Below, in pieces: positions 26,040 through 35,878 of a stretch of DNA of 64,000 nt. Origin of the DNA: Reclinomonas americana ATCC 50394 (Eukaryota); the NCBI GenBank assembly GCA_048213135.1, contig PS015009.1:930001-994000 (forward strand), given 5' to 3'. A model generated the notes under the pieces. That model made no database searches and was not told the origin of the DNA. It was given only the letters and a program-made list of their open reading frames with translations. Each line of letters begins with the position of its first letter. Within the stretch, counting starts at the first letter, position 1. The position numbers and the translations under genes are program-made.

Positions 26040-28664
26040 ATGATGACGAGTGCTGCGATCAGACAACAATTCCTGGATTTTTTCGCTTCAAAGGGACATA
26101 CCATTGTTCCTTCGGCGCCTATCGTAGTAAAAAATGACCCTACCCTGCTGTTCACCAACGCGGGCATGAACCAGTTCAAGGATTATTTCCTGGGCAACAA
26201 ACCCGCCCCCAATCCTCGTGTGGCTGATACGCAAAAATGTCTTCGCGTAAGCGGTAAACACAACGACCTGGAAGAAGTGGGCGTGGATACCTATCATCAT
26301 ACCATGTTTGAAATGCTGGGCAACTGGAGTTTTGGTGACTATTTCAAAAAAGAGGCCATTGCCTGGAGCTGGGAACTGCTGACGGAAGTATACGGGCTTG
26401 ATAAAGACCGCCTGTATGTGACCATATTTGAAGGCGACAGTAAAGAGAACCTGCCCAAAGACGAAGAGGCCTATAACGAATGGAAAAAAGTAATTGCAGA
26501 AGACCGGATATTGCTGGGCAACAAAAAAGATAACTTTTGGGAGATGGGCGATACCGGCCCATGCGGTCCCTGCACGGAGATACATGTAGACTGCCGCCCG
26601 GATGAAGAAAGAAAACAAACAGATGGCAAAACCCTGGTGAATGCCGACCATCCACAGGTGATCGAGATATGGAATAATGTATTCATGCAGTTCAACCGTA
26701 AGAAAGACGGTTCCCTCGAAAACCTTCCCGCCATGCACGTGGATACCGGTATGGGTTTCGAAAGACTGGTAAGGGTGATACAACAGAAGACATCGAATTA
26801 CGATACCGACGTTTTTACCGGTACCATCAGCGCTATTGAACAAATCACCGGGAAGAAATACGAATACAGCGACGACAAAAAAGATGTGGCCTTTCGTGTG
26901 CTGGCCGATCATATCCGTGCCATCAGCTTTACCACTGCCGATGGACAATTACCGTCTAATACCGGTGCCGGTTATGTAATACGTCGTATCCTGCGCCGTG
27001 CCGTTCGGTATTATTATTCTTACCTCGATCATAAACACCCGCTGCTGAACCAACTGGTACCGGTGATCGCGAAACAGTTTGAGCAGGTATTTCCTGAGCT
27101 GCAGCAGCAGTGCGACTTTGTGAGTAAAGTGATCAAAGAAGAAGAAGAAGCTTTTCTGCGCACACTCGACAAGGGTTTGAAAAATATCGACGAGATCATT
27201 AAGCAATCACAGCAAAACAAAACCATCAGCGGCACCGCGGCTTTTGAATTGCTCGACACTTTTGGTTTTCCTATTGACCTTACCCGGTTGATCGCTTCCG
27301 AAAATGGATTGTCGGTAGATGAGGCCGGTTTTGAAAAAGAAATGCAGCAGCAAAAAGACCGCAGCCGGGCTGCTACAGCGCTGGATACAGAAGACTGGGT
27401 AGAATTAAGTGATGATACAAGTGCCAGATTTGTGGGATATGATACATTAGAAGTTGATAACACATTCGTAAATCGTTATAGAAAAGTTACTTCGAAAGGA
27501 AAGACAATCTGGCAAATCTCATTAGTTGAAACCCCTTTCTATTCTGAAAGTGGCGGGCAAGTTGGAGATACCGGAACATTACAGTTCGGCAAGCAATTAA
27601 TTAATGTTTTTGATACGAAAAAAGAGAACGGCTTAATCCTTCATTACACAGAAGAAAAGCCCTTCGATCTTGTTGGAAACGTTATTGCTAAAGTAGATGG
27701 AGGCAGGAGAAAACGCATCACCGTTAACCACAGTGTTACGCACCTGATGCACGCCGCCCTGCGTTCCGTACTGGGTACGCATGTAGCACAGAAAGGCAGC
27801 CTCGTGAACGAAGAACACCTGCGTTTCGATTTCAGTCATTTTGCGAAAGTAACCGACGAAGAATTATCCGCTGTTGAAAAAATAGTGAACCGGAAAATAA
27901 GGGAGAATATTCCCGTTGTGATCAAGTCCATGAGCAAGGATGAAGCCATTGCCATGGGTGCTATGGCTTTGTTCGGCGAAAAATATGGCGATACCGTTCG
28001 CGTAGTGGTAATGGACCCCAACTATTCCATTGAGCTCTGCGGCGGCACGCATGTGGGCAGTACCGGGGAACTGGGCCTGTTCAAGATCAAACACGAAAGC
28101 GCTGTAGCCGCCGGTGTACGGCGTATTGAAGCCGTTTGTGGCGAAGCTGCCGAAGAGCTGGTGCACAGCCAGTTTGAGCAGGTTCGTGAGCTGAAGGAAC
28201 TACTGAAAAATCCCAAAGACCTCGCCAAATCGATCGAAAGCCTGCTGGCAGAGAACACCGCCCTGGGTAAACGTATCGAAGGCCTGGAAGCCCGCCAGCT
28301 GGTGGGTATACGTAATGAGCTGATGTCGAAAGACGAGATCATCAACAGTGTAACTTTCATCGGCGATATCGTTGAAGTCAGCAACCCCGAGGCATTGAAA
28401 AAACTCTGCTTCGACCTCAAACATCATCTGCGTGATCACGTGGCTGTATTGTGCAGCAATATCGATGGCAAGGCGCATGTCGCTGTAAGCGTCTCTGATA
28501 CGGTTGTGGCAGCCCGCAACCTGGATGCCGGCAAGATCATTAAAGAACATATCTCCGGCCTGATCAAAGGCGGCGGCGGCGGACAAAAAACGCTGGCTAC
28601 CGCTGGCGGGCAGGACGTTTCAAAACTCAGAGAAGTTATTGAGAAAGTAAGGTCATTAATTTGA
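26040..28664 (+). CDS. alaS: Alanine--tRNA ligase
   Basis: LLFTNAGMNQFK, HHTMFEMLGNWSFGDYFK, DTGMGFER, editing motifs HxxxH and CGGTH, C-terminal GGGG. Confidence 0.98.
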   Translation: MMTSAAIRQQFLDFFASKGHTIVPSAPIVVKNDPTLLFTNAGMNQFKDYFLGNKPAPNPRVADTQKCLRVSGKHNDLEEVGVDTYHHTMFEMLGNWSFGDYFKKEAIAWSWELLTEVYGLDKDRLYVTIFEGDSKENLPKDEEAYNEWKKVIAEDRILLGNKKDNFWEMGDTGPCGPCTEIHVDCRPDEERKQTDGKTLVNADHPQVIEIWNNVFMQFNRKKDGSLENLPAMHVDTGMGFERLVRVIQQKTSNYDTDVFTGTISAIEQITGKKYEYSDDKKDVAFRVLADHIRAISFTTADGQLPSNTGAGYVIRRILRRAVRYYYSYLDHKHPLLNQLVPVIAKQFEQVFPELQQQCDFVSKVIKEEEEAFLRTLDKGLKNIDEIIKQSQQNKTISGTAAFELLDTFGFPIDLTRLIASENGLSVDEAGFEKEMQQQKDRSRAATALDTEDWVELSDDTSARFVGYDTLEVDNTFVNRYRKVTSKGKTIWQISLVETPFYSESGGQVGDTGTLQFGKQLINVFDTKKENGLILHYTEEKPFDLVGNVIAKVDGGRRKRITVNHSVTHLMHAALRSVLGTHVAQKGSLVNEEHLRFDFSHFAKVTDEELSAVEKIVNRKIRENIPVVIKSMSKDEAIAMGAMALFGEKYGDTVRVVVMDPNYSIELCGGTHVGSTGELGLFKIKHESAVAAGVRRIEAVCGEAAEELVHSQFEQVRELKELLKNPKDLAKSIESLLAENTALGKRIEGLEARQLVGIRNELMSKDEIINSVTFIGDIVEVSNPEALKKLCFDLKHHLRDHVAVLCSNIDGKAHVAVSVSDTVVAARNLDAGKIIKEHISGLIKGGGGGQKTLATAGGQDVSKLREVIEKVRSLI

Positions 28665-28781
28665 ACATGTGACGATTTGAAGATGTGAAAATGAAGGCCC
28701 GGCAATTGGCGAGACTGTTTTGTTCCCTGAAAAGTTATTCCTGTACCAACAAATTTGCACATCTGCACATTATCACATTTT
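28661..28781. repeat. 8-9-mer repeat family (TTGAAGATG / CACATTTTCAA-like) as an inverted pair
   Basis: ttgaacatgtgacgatttgaagatgtgaaaatg ... aatttgcacatctgcacattatcacatttt. Related copies at 43852-43887 and 57946-57983. Confidence 0.55.
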
Positions 28782-28785
28782 TATT

Positions 28786-29292
28786 ATGGTCATTTTCGAA
28801 ACCCACAGGCTCATCCTCCGTCAATTCACCGAAGCCGACGCTCCGCTTGTTTTAGCGCTCAACAGTGATCCTGCGGTGCTGCAATACCTGCATGAGCCGG
28901 TACTGGAAGATGAAGAACATGCCCGCCGTATTATCCGCGACATCATCCTGCCACAATATCAAAACCGGCTGGGCCGCTGGGCCGCTTTCACCAAAGAAAG
29001 CCAGGAATTCATAGGCTGGTGCGGACTGAAACACCGCCCGGAGCTGGGCGAAATTGACCTGGGATATCGTTTCAAACAATCGGCCTGGGGTAAAGGCTAT
29101 GCCACTGAAACGGCCGCTGCCGCTTTGCAGTATGGCTTTACCCACCTAGGACTCAGAGAAATTACCGGCCGTGCGGATGTGGGCAACCTGGCCTCGCTGC
29201 GTGTGCTGGAAAAGATCGGGATGCAATATGTACGTGATGAAGTGATCGACGACTGCCCGGTAAAGACCTATACCGCTAAAAACCCGGCATAA
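28786..29292 (+). CDS. GNAT (RimJ/RimL-type) N-acetyltransferase
   Basis: ETHRLILRQF, FIGWCGL, WGKGYATE and NLASLRVLEKIGM motifs. Confidence 0.9.
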   Translation: MVIFETHRLILRQFTEADAPLVLALNSDPAVLQYLHEPVLEDEEHARRIIRDIILPQYQNRLGRWAAFTKESQEFIGWCGLKHRPELGEIDLGYRFKQSAWGKGYATETAAAALQYGFTHLGLREITGRADVGNLASLRVLEKIGMQYVRDEVIDDCPVKTYTAKNPA

Positions 29293-29368
29293 CTTTTCTG
29301 CACTGAAGGAAAGGGCATTGCATCCTTTATGGTAATAAAATATCTTTGTCGCAAAGCATCACCTCCCA

Positions 29369-30253
29369 ATGATCAATTACAACCCCAAAGACTGGTTCAC
29401 TTTCATCTTCCGTTTTCATAAGGCTGACACTTTCCGGCAACTCCTCTGGCTCATTATTGGCATCTGTTTCTATTCCTGGCTGATTGCTTATGTGGAGATG
29501 GAGTACCTCAAACTGTCGAAAACAAACCATATCAGTAACCTGCCTGTTATGCACAGCCTGCTGGGTTTTGTGATCTCCATGCTGCTGGTGTTCCGCACCA
29601 ACACAGCATATGACCGGTGGTGGGAAGGCCGTAAACTGTGGGGTTCGCTGACCAACAACAGCCGCAACCTGGCCATTAAACTGGCCGCTTTTTTACCGGA
29701 AGAAGAACAGGAGCAGCGCAATTTTTTCCGCAAGATCATACCCGCCTATGCGCATGCCCTGCGCAATCACCTGAGGTCGGAAAAAACAAGAACGGCTTTA
29801 TTCGAGGATAATCCGCATACCGCTATTTATAACCGCATCGACACAGAAAAACATATTCCCAACCAGATCGCCCTGCTCATGCTGCAGCATACACAGCAAT
29901 TGTATAAACAGCAAAAGATCACCGGCGACCAACTCATCGTACTCAATGCCGAGCTGCAGTCCTTTACCGATATCTGCGGTGCCTGCGAACGTATCAAGAA
30001 CACACCCATTCCTTTTGCCTACAGTGTTTTCCTGAAGAAGTTCATCTTCTTTTACGTGATGACGCTCCCTTTTGGTTTTGTGTTCAGCCTCGGTTATTAT
30101 GTGATCCCCGTTGTTGCCTTTGTATTCTATGTACTGGCCAGCCTGGAACTGATCGCTGAAGAGATAGAAGACCCCTTTGGCGGCGACGATAATGACGTGC
30201 CTACCGATAAAATCGCTGCCAATATTCACAAACACATAGACGAAATCCTTTGA
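29369..30253 (+). CDS. Bestrophin-family ion channel
   Basis: FRTNTAYDRWWEGRKLWG, ERIKNTPIP and EIEDPFG motifs; TATCTTTG promoter box at 29341-29348. Confidence 0.9.
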   Translation: MINYNPKDWFTFIFRFHKADTFRQLLWLIIGICFYSWLIAYVEMEYLKLSKTNHISNLPVMHSLLGFVISMLLVFRTNTAYDRWWEGRKLWGSLTNNSRNLAIKLAAFLPEEEQEQRNFFRKIIPAYAHALRNHLRSEKTRTALFEDNPHTAIYNRIDTEKHIPNQIALLMLQHTQQLYKQQKITGDQLIVLNAELQSFTDICGACERIKNTPIPFAYSVFLKKFIFFYVMTLPFGFVFSLGYYVIPVVAFVFYVLASLELIAEEIEDPFGGDDNDVPTDKIAANIHKHIDEIL

Positions 30254-30397
30254 TAATCAATACGGTTGAATAAAGAAATGTTAAAGCCGTAAAATTATCT
30301 GCGAAAGATTTCGTAATTCGGATTTTCTCCCTATTTTTGACCTACTAAACATTTCGTATTTAACGATCGCATCATTCAAAACATTAAAAGTATAGTC

Positions 30398-31447
30398 ATG
30401 AAAAAAGTTGTTTTAAGTATGTTTCTCCTGGGATTGGCCGGCGTGATGACCGTGCAGGCGCAGGATGATAAGCCGGAGAAGAAAGAGAAGAAGGAGAAAA
30501 AGGAAAGGCAGGAGATTGTGATCAGCACCAATGGCAATATCGACTCTAAAGTAGTGGTGGAGATCAAAGGTGATAAAGTAACTATTAACGGTAAACCCAT
30601 TTCTGAATTCAAGGATGATCATGTTTCCGTAAACAAAAGGAACATCATGGTTTGGAACGGCGACAGTCATTTCAGTTTCTCTCCCGACCAGTTTGCCCAG
30701 GGCTTTAACTGGAGTGACGACAAGGGTGAACCCCGTGCTTTCCTGGGTGTGAGTACCGATGAGAACGAAGCAGGCGCATCTGTTACCAATGTAACCAAAG
30801 AAAGCCCCGCGGAAAAAGCCGGTCTTAAAAACGGGGACATCATTACCCGTATCAATGATAAAAAAGTGACCGATCCCGAATCACTTTCCGATGTGGTAAC
30901 TTCCTTCAAACCTAAAGAAGAAGTAACAGTATACTATAAACGTGATGGCAAGGACGGCAGTGTCAAAGCCACGCTCGGCGAAAGAAAATCCATCATGTCT
31001 TATTCCTTCTCCAGTCCGGATGTACGTGCTTTCTCCGCTCCCCGGATTAACGTACAACCCCGCATCAATACCGAAGACTGGAAAGGGCTGGAAGAGCTGA
31101 ACAGCCTCCCTCGTGTATACAATTACAATTTCGACAGCGACCATGCTTATGGCGGTTTCTTCCCCAGGTCACAAAAACTGGGTATCAAGATACAGGATAC
31201 CGAAGATGGAAAAGGCATTAAAGTACTGGACGTGGAAAAAGATTCTCCTGCTGAAAAAGCCGGTCTCAAAAAAGACGACGTGATCACAGAAATAGGCGGC
31301 TCCAAAGTAACCAATACTGATGAAGCCCGTGAACAACTGATGGAAAATGCGGAAAAAGCCAGCTACACCATTAAAGGCAGCCGCAATGGCAGCAATATGA
31401 GCTTCGACATCAAAATACCGAAGAAATTAAAAACAGCGAATTTATAG
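30398..31447 (+). CDS. Secreted protein with two PDZ domains
   Basis: Signal peptide; two copies of SPAEKAGLK.(G/D)D.I. Confidence 0.85.
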   Translation: MKKVVLSMFLLGLAGVMTVQAQDDKPEKKEKKEKKERQEIVISTNGNIDSKVVVEIKGDKVTINGKPISEFKDDHVSVNKRNIMVWNGDSHFSFSPDQFAQGFNWSDDKGEPRAFLGVSTDENEAGASVTNVTKESPAEKAGLKNGDIITRINDKKVTDPESLSDVVTSFKPKEEVTVYYKRDGKDGSVKATLGERKSIMSYSFSSPDVRAFSAPRINVQPRINTEDWKGLEELNSLPRVYNYNFDSDHAYGGFFPRSQKLGIKIQDTEDGKGIKVLDVEKDSPAEKAGLKKDDVITEIGGSKVTNTDEAREQLMENAEKASYTIKGSRNGSNMSFDIKIPKKLKTANL

Positions 31448-31463
31448 TCATCTGAAAAACAGG

Positions 31464-31495
31464 AAAGCGTCGGGTCTCCATCCGGCGCTTTTTTA
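31464..31495 (+). terminator. Intrinsic terminator
   Basis: AAAGCGTCGG...CCGGCGCTTT hairpin plus a T-run. Confidence 0.7.
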
Positions 31496-31542
31496 TTTCG
31501 TCCAACTCCCCTGCCGGCTCGTTGATTCCTTATCTTTGCCCC

Positions 31543-32991
31543 GTGTCAGAACAGAATAAATACCAGGTAGTGATCGGTCTGGAAGTGCATGCCCAGCTCC
31601 TTACGCAAACGAAATTGTTTTGTGGCGACAGTGCGGCCTTCAGCACCGACCCCAACACGCATATCAGCCCTATTACCCTCGCCCACCCGGGTACCCTGCC
31701 GCGGATGAACCGCAAAGCGGTAGAGTACGCCTTACAACTGGGGCTGGCGCTGGGTTGCGATATTGCCATGCACAATTATTTCGCCCGGAAGAACTATTTC
31801 TATCCCGATCTGCCCAAAGGCTACCAGGTGTCGCAGCATACCACACCTATTTGCAGCGGAGGGTCGGTGAAAATAAAAATTGACAACAACGAAAGGGCCA
31901 TACAGCTGAACCGCATTCATATGGAAGAAGATGCCGGTAAAAGTCTGCACGATGTGGATGACAACTATACCTGCATTGACCTTAACCGCGCTGGTGTACC
32001 GCTGCTGGAGATCGTTTCTGAACCCGTGCTGCACAGCAGCGATGAAGCTTTTGCCTATCTTACCGAACTGCGCAAACTCGTTCGCTGGCTTGGCATCTGC
32101 GATGGCAATATGGAAGAGGGCAGTATGCGTTGTGATGCCAATATCTCCATCCGCCTGCAGGGCGATACACGACTGGGTACAAGGGTGGAAGTAAAAAACC
32201 TGAACAGCATCCGCAATGTAAAAAGGGCCATAGACCTGGAAGTGAACCGGCTGATCGGTATTGTTGAAGAAGGCGGCACCGTTTTACAGGAAACCAGGAG
32301 TTATGATGCGGACAATAACACTACTTTCTCGCTGCGGACCAAAGAAGATGCGGACGATTACCGGTATTTCCCTGAGCCCGATCTTACACCTTTTCATATT
32401 TCTGAAGAATTTCTGTCTGCTGTGAAGCAGGGCTTACCCGAATTACCGGAAGCCAAGCAAAAAAGATATACAACAGCATTGAACCTGTCGGATTACGACG
32501 CCGCTGTGCTTTGCGACGATAAAGAACAGGCGCTTTTCTTTGAAGCCATTACTGAACAACAAAGCAACTATAAAGCAGCCGCCAACTGGATACTGGGCCC
32601 GGTGAAAGGTTACCTGAATGAAAAAGGTATCGGCCTGTCTTCCTTCCCGCTGAAACCCGCTACCATTGCCCGTTTGATAGGGCTGGTGGATGAAGGCAAA
32701 CTGGGTTTTGGTACGGCTTCCGGAAAGGTATTTACGGCGCTGGTCAATGAACCCGGCGAGGACCCGCTGACCATAGCCACCCGGCTGAATCTGGTGCAGG
32801 AAAGCGATACCGGTTCCATAGAACAATGGGTGAACGAAGCCATTGATGCCATGCCCGATAAAGTGAAGGAATTCCGCAGCGGTAAAAAAGGACTGATAGG
32901 ATTGTTTGCCGGTGAAGTGAAGAAACGCAGCAAAGGAAAGGCAGATATGCAGGTGGTGACCCGCCTGCTGCAGGAAAAACTGAACGCGTAA
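31543..32991 (+). CDS. gatB: Asp-tRNA(Asn)/Glu-tRNA(Gln) amidotransferase subunit B
   Basis: VIGLEVHAQL, RKNYFYPDLPKGYQ and YRYFPEPDL motifs. GTG start at 31543, 4 nt after TATCTTTG. Confidence 0.96.
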   Translation: MSEQNKYQVVIGLEVHAQLLTQTKLFCGDSAAFSTDPNTHISPITLAHPGTLPRMNRKAVEYALQLGLALGCDIAMHNYFARKNYFYPDLPKGYQVSQHTTPICSGGSVKIKIDNNERAIQLNRIHMEEDAGKSLHDVDDNYTCIDLNRAGVPLLEIVSEPVLHSSDEAFAYLTELRKLVRWLGICDGNMEEGSMRCDANISIRLQGDTRLGTRVEVKNLNSIRNVKRAIDLEVNRLIGIVEEGGTVLQETRSYDADNNTTFSLRTKEDADDYRYFPEPDLTPFHISEEFLSAVKQGLPELPEAKQKRYTTALNLSDYDAAVLCDDKEQALFFEAITEQQSNYKAAANWILGPVKGYLNEKGIGLSSFPLKPATIARLIGLVDEGKLGFGTASGKVFTALVNEPGEDPLTIATRLNLVQESDTGSIEQWVNEAIDAMPDKVKEFRSGKKGLIGLFAGEVKKRSKGKADMQVVTRLLQEKLNA

Positions 32992-33015
32992 TATTTCAAC
33001 TCATATTTAATCTCA

Positions 33016-34164
33016 ATGAAAAAAACAGTCATAGCCCTCACATTGGTTGCGGGTATTCTTTCCTGTAACCAGAAAGAAGAAAAAGGAAAGTTCACCGTAA
33101 GCGGTGAATTGAAAAATGCCCCGGACCAGCGCATTTACCTGGAAGAGTTGTTCTTCAGCCAGAAGTCGCCACAGGTGCTGGATACAGCCGATATCAAGAA
33201 CGGCCGCTTTGAATTATCCGGCATTGCCAGTGAAGAAGGCATGTTCCGCATCCGCCTGGAAAAATCAGAATCGTCGTACATCTTCGTGAATGATAACAGC
33301 AAGATCGGCTTTACTGGCGACGCCACTAACCCATCTTTATCCGCACAGTCATTCCACAGCCCGGCCAATGCGTCTATGCGCAGCCTGATGCAGCACTCCG
33401 ACAGTACGCAAAAAGCGATTGAAGACAAGTACAAAACAATAGAAATGCTGCGGAATGCCAAAGCCCGTGAAGATGACAGCACTATTGTTGCCCTGAACAC
33501 AGAATTCAACAGTATGCGGGAAGCGCTTTCCAAATATTGCTTTCAATATTCAGATACGGCCAAAAGTCCTACAGTGGCTCTTTTTGCCGCTACCCTGGCG
33601 CCGGTAGAGTTACCGAAGTTTGAGATTCCGCTGGCCAACCTGGCCCGTCGTTTCCCTTCACACGCGGGTATTGCCGGGGCGGTAAATTTTATCAAACAGC
33701 AGGTAGCACAAGCCATGCAGGCCCAGCAGCAAGGCGGCCAGGGTATTGCCATTGGTACGCAGGCGCCAGACATTACCATGAATGATGTGAATGACAAACC
33801 TTTTTCCCTCAGCCAGCTGAAAGGCAAATATGTACTGGTTGATTTCTGGGCAAGCTGGTGCGGGCCCTGCCGCGGCGAGAATCCGAATGTAGTAGCGGCC
33901 TTCAATAAATTCAGGAGTAAGAACTTCACTATACTCGGCGTTTCGCTGGATGATAATAAAGATGCCTGGCTGCAGGCGATTAAAGATGACGGCCTTACCT
34001 GGCAGCACATCAGCGACCTGAAGAAATGGAAAAGTGCTGTGGTGGTACCTTATGGAATCGATGGTATTCCTTTCAATGTATTACTTGACCCCCAGGGTAA
34101 GATCATCGCCAGCAACTTAAGAGGCCCTGAACTGGAGAAGAAACTGGCGGAAGTAGTCAAATAA
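33016..34164 (+). CDS. TlpA-family disulfide reductase lipoprotein (DUF4369 + AhpC/TSA)
   Basis: Lipobox ILSC; DFWASWCGPCR motif. Confidence 0.9.
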   Translation: MKKTVIALTLVAGILSCNQKEEKGKFTVSGELKNAPDQRIYLEELFFSQKSPQVLDTADIKNGRFELSGIASEEGMFRIRLEKSESSYIFVNDNSKIGFTGDATNPSLSAQSFHSPANASMRSLMQHSDSTQKAIEDKYKTIEMLRNAKAREDDSTIVALNTEFNSMREALSKYCFQYSDTAKSPTVALFAATLAPVELPKFEIPLANLARRFPSHAGIAGAVNFIKQQVAQAMQAQQQGGQGIAIGTQAPDITMNDVNDKPFSLSQLKGKYVLVDFWASWCGPCRGENPNVVAAFNKFRSKNFTILGVSLDDNKDAWLQAIKDDGLTWQHISDLKKWKSAVVVPYGIDGIPFNVLLDPQGKIIASNLRGPELEKKLAEVVK

Positions 34165-34221
34165 TAAAGAGATAAAAAAAGAAAGCAGGAGTAATTAAGT
34201 TTTCTTTCTGTACTGAAATAA

Positions 34222-34248
34222 AAAGCCCCGGTCAGTGACCGGGGCTTT
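34222..34248. terminator. Bidirectional terminator between convergent genes
   Basis: Perfect inverted repeat AAAGCCCCGGTCA-G-TGACCGGGGCTTT. Confidence 0.85.
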
Positions 34249-34271
34249 CGTTTATGCAGTTGCAATAACTA

Positions 34272-35858
34272 TTAATAGAACGGGTTTTGCGCACACACAG
34301 GATTCGAGATGGTCTCATCTGAAGGAATAGGCCAGATGAACCTGTAGTTGGCGTAAGGTACCGCAGCCAGTGTGGTAGGTACTACAGGGTTAGTAGTACA
34401 ATTGTACATGCCCACGTTGGCATAAGTAGTAGCTACTTTAGCAGGAATACCACCGGTTCCGTAGGTAGCATCCAGCGCCAGGCGATGAATATCACCCCAG
34501 CGTTTGCCTTCACCCAGGAACTCGATCCTTCTTTCTACCAGGATCGCTTTTACCAGGTCAACTTTAGTAGCGAAAGACGCTACAGTATAGGAGGCTGCTG
34601 GTAATGCAGATGGAGGAATAGACCTGTTACGTACTGCATTCAGCAGGTCAACCGCCCTTGAGTTTACCGGGGAAGTAGCACCCAGCCTTGCTTCAGCTTC
34701 TGCCAGCATCAGCAAAACTTCTGCGTAGCGGATATAAGGAGCGGCATCGGTACGGCTTACCACATCTTTATATTTAGCGCAGTAGTAGTATGTTGGGCCA
34801 GGCAGGGTCAGTGAAGTCCTCCTGAGGTCATCACAACGCCAGCCGGCATTGTTCCACATAGCCTGGCTGATATCAACAAGACCACGGCCGCCAACAGAAA
34901 GCGCTCCGTACATAGATGGTAATGAACCATTCACGCCCGGGTTGTCATTGGCATCATTCTTAACAGAGAAAATAGACTCTTCGGAGTTGTTGTTCAGGAA
35001 AGCACCATCCGGAGGACCTGTCAGCCTTACTGTTCCGAAGGATGTAGGTGCGGCGAAAGGAGCTGACGCGTTCACCAGTTTATTACCTTCAGTAATAACA
35101 CCGGCCCAGTCTTCCATGTGCATTTTGATGCGCATTTTCAGTGCAATGGCAGCTGCCTTGGTAGCACGGAATGTACTTTTGGTTGCAGGCAGGTTGGTTT
35201 CCGCGAAATCAAGATCCGCCAGGATTTTAGTATAGCATTTGTTCACGGAATCACGCGGACGGTTATACTGTATCGCGGTGTTGATCTTGTCGAGGCTGTT
35301 GATGCCGCTGTCCCTGTAAGTAACACCCAGGTTCTTACCCTGGTTATCAGCATAAGGACGTGCGAAATGCAGCAGCAGTTCGTGATGCGCCCAGGCCCTT
35401 AAAAAGCGGCATTCGGCATCGTATTGTGTAGCGAGTGCACTGGTAAGCACACCTTTCGATTGTGCATCCACGCAACCTTCACGTACCAGGTTAGCCCTGT
35501 TGATCATGGCGTACAGGGTATGCCACATATAAACGTTATTGGCTGTGGTAGGATCGTAAGAGTTCTCGTATGTTACCTGGTAAAAAGTAGCATTGTTGTG
35601 CATGTCTTCACCACGCATATCACCCTGTTCGATGCTGGCAGCGCCGAAGGGATACCCCCTCACCTGTCCACCGGCATAAAAGCCGCTTTGTGCAGCGTCA
35701 TAAACGCCATTCAGCGAAGCGAGACATTTTTCCGGGGTAGAGTAAGCCAGGGATTCATCCAGTGAATTCGAAGGAGAAACTTCCAGCACTTTCTTACATC
35801 CTGTTGCGATCAGGATTGCTGCCCCCAGGAAAGCTATTATCAGTTTATTGTATTTCAT
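34272..35858 (-). CDS. RagB/SusD-family outer-membrane lipoprotein
   Basis: Lipobox ATGC; RYAEVLLMLAEA, ERRIEFLGEGKRWGD and WPIP..E...NP motifs. Confidence 0.93.
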   Translation of the reverse strand: MKYNKLIIAFLGAAILIATGCKKVLEVSPSNSLDESLAYSTPEKCLASLNGVYDAAQSGFYAGGQVRGYPFGAASIEQGDMRGEDMHNNATFYQVTYENSYDPTTANNVYMWHTLYAMINRANLVREGCVDAQSKGVLTSALATQYDAECRFLRAWAHHELLLHFARPYADNQGKNLGVTYRDSGINSLDKINTAIQYNRPRDSVNKCYTKILADLDFAETNLPATKSTFRATKAAAIALKMRIKMHMEDWAGVITEGNKLVNASAPFAAPTSFGTVRLTGPPDGAFLNNNSEESIFSVKNDANDNPGVNGSLPSMYGALSVGGRGLVDISQAMWNNAGWRCDDLRRTSLTLPGPTYYYCAKYKDVVSRTDAAPYIRYAEVLLMLAEAEARLGATSPVNSRAVDLLNAVRNRSIPPSALPAASYTVASFATKVDLVKAILVERRIEFLGEGKRWGDIHRLALDATYGTGGIPAKVATTYANVGMYNCTTNPVVPTTLAAVPYANYRFIWPIPSDETISNPVCAQNPFY

Positions 35859-35878
35859 TACCAATTATTTTTTATGTT

